Assembly (NCBI GenBank): GCA_030390025.1
Contig: CM059432.1
Span: 48,486,001 to 48,550,000 of the forward strand
Length of the DNA stretch: 64,000 nt
Reading direction: 5' to 3'
DNA from: Squalus acanthias
Taxonomy: Eukaryota
Shown here: piece after piece, positions 62,111-64,000 of the stretch
Layout: the number at the start of each line of letters is the position of its first letter
Numbering within the stretch: position 1 is the stretch's first letter
The notes under the pieces: generated by a model
The model's database searches: none
What the model was told of the DNA's origin: nothing
The model's input: only the letters and a program-made list of their open reading frames with translations
Position numbers and translations under genes: made by a program

Positions 62111-62937
62111 TCACCATGAAAAGGCTGGCTCTTCCAGTTTTGCTCACGTCTAATTTATAAACTGGCCTTGACCAGTGGTGGTGATTTTTTTTTCTGCCCA
62201 TGTTGCTGCTGGGACATATTGGCTGCATTCACATTATGCTGTAGTGGGGCCAGCACCTCATACATTCCTAAGCACCAGCAATCAAAAATCATGAGATGTG
62301 AGGGAATTTATCCTCCTCTCAAATTGGTGGGTACTTGTACCAGTGTCCCAGGTAATGCATTGATCTGCTTCTTGTCAAGCAAGATGGATCGGGTGAAGTT
62401 CCCTCCTGAGCTCCTCTCCTTTGTCCATGGTCATTCTTTACCATCCTTTTGCCCTTTTCCTCTCCTCTCCTTCACTGCTTAAAATGCCCTGCCCCTAATA
62501 GTGAGTGAGTTTTAGCTCAATCCACAGGTTTAAAGCTATATTGTCCAACCCCCAATTCAGCTTGTTCAGTGTTTTTATTGTGCTCTTCTGAATGCCTGGA
62601 ACTCTGCCCACGTTTGATTTTCTGGACTTCTCTGCCATCTGAACTAAGCTGCTCTGCTGGAGTATACTGTATGCCTCAATTGCCACAACTCTGCTACTCA
62701 ACCGTTTTACGATTAAATTAACCTGTGCCAGTCTACAGTGCCATCCCCCACTTCTGTTGCCTGCTGAGTTGAGCTTCAGGACTGTACTTTCAGTGCACAG
62801 CTGGCTTCTCAGCTTTACTCTTGCTGTGCTGGATCCGAAACAGAAATCTGTCTTCTCCTGGGCTGAAGTCTATTTCTCCATTCATTTCTGGGCTTTACTG
62901 TGATTTACACCTTCGTCACTGCTTTCTACTAAGACTA

Positions 62938-64000
62938 TGATGCGGAGATGCCGGTGTTGGACTGGGGTGGACAAAAATGAGAAGTCGCACAACACCAGGT
63001 TATAGTCCAACAGTTTTATTTGAAATCACAAGCTTTCGGAGCTTACACCCCTTCCTCAGGTGAAGTAAAGAAATACAGAATCGACAAAGCATATATAGAT
63101 AGAGAACAATGCATGTGTAACTTACAATGGCAGACGACTACATTTAAATCATCCTGACTGTTTATCTGCCGAGGTGTGACAAAAGGCAATCAGGTCAGCC
63201 AGGAAGGTACCACATCAAAGACATAGCAAGATACAACTGAGACAATGAGGTGGAGCCACAGGGGGTCCAATGTGTCAAAAGCCGCAGTCGGTATGGGAAA
63301 CGATAAACTTTAAAATTTTTACTTTTTTACTGGGAATCACATCTGTGAACAAGCCAACGATGACTCGAGTCTGGATCACGTCATGTATCGTGACATAAAC
63401 CCAAGATCCCGGTTGAGGCCGTCCTCATGAGTGCGGAACTTGGCTATCAGTTTCTGCTCGATGATTTTGCGTTGTCGTGTGTTTCTAAGGCCGCCTTGGA
63501 GAACGCTTACCCGCAGATCCGAGGCTGAATGTCCTTGACTGCTGAAGTGTTCCCCGACTGGAACCCCCAGCTTCTGCCGTGACACCACAGACTTCTTACA
63601 GAAACTCAGCACCCACGGACCAGTTGAACCAGGAACACTCCTCGCCACGATGGACGTATCGGCACTCTACACCAGTATCCCCCACGATGACGGCATCGCT
63701 GCGACAGCCTCAGTACTCAACACCAACAACAGCCAATCTCCAGACGCCATCCTACAACTCATCCGCTTCATCCTTGACCACAATGTCTTCACCTTTGACA
63801 ACCATTTTTTTACCCAAACACACGGAACAGCCATGGGGACCAAATTCGCACCCCAATACGCCAACATCTTCATGCACAAGTTCGAGCAAGACTTCTTTGC
63901 TGCACAGGACCTCCAGCCAACGCTGTACACCAGATACATCAACGACATTTTCTTCCTTTGGACCCATGGTGAAGGATCACTGAAAAGACTACACGATAAC
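62938..64000 (-). mobile_element. Penelope-like (family 2): terminus and GIY-YIG end on minus (62938-63560) joined to an inverted RT segment on plus (63561-64000)
   Basis: The plus frame reads PSFCRDTTDFL, TMDVSALYTSIP, GTAMG and RYINDIF (catalytic DD appears as ND); the minus part matches 38215-38808. Confidence 0.92.

Noticed and set aside
1..64000. CRISPR arrays, retrons or prokaryotic operons
   Set aside because: The RT motifs all belong to eukaryotic non-LTR or Penelope elements, and no regularly spaced direct-repeat array was seen.

Overview
Eukaryotic, repeat-rich vertebrate DNA. The repeat inventory (CR1, L2, Penelope-like elements, Deu-domain SINEs) suggests a cartilaginous fish; this is an inference. 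The only host gene I can support is the 5' half of LRRCC1 on the minus strand: a CpG-island promoter and probable non-coding exon at about 61.7-62.1 kb, then seven coding exons from 56552 down to 1423. All have GT-AG boundaries with consistent phases and encode about 358 codons; the gene continues past position 1. One intron is about 39 kb. Most intronic DNA is retroelement or DNA-transposon sequence, often nested. Three observations stand out. (1) An APE-RT LINE family whose 5' end is a tRNA-Thr-like Pol III head placed almost directly on the endonuclease ORF, with no ORF1, no T4 run found by eye on the sense strand, and a SINE-like head-body-plus-tail derivative beside it: a candidate Pol III-transcribed autonomous retrotransposon. 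(2) Three Harbinger-like MITEs that share hairpin architecture although their stem sequences differ. (3) Two families of minimal hammerhead ribozymes in Penelope-like termini. Exon coordinates were read base by base. Repeat boundaries are approximate and family names come from recognition, not database searches.
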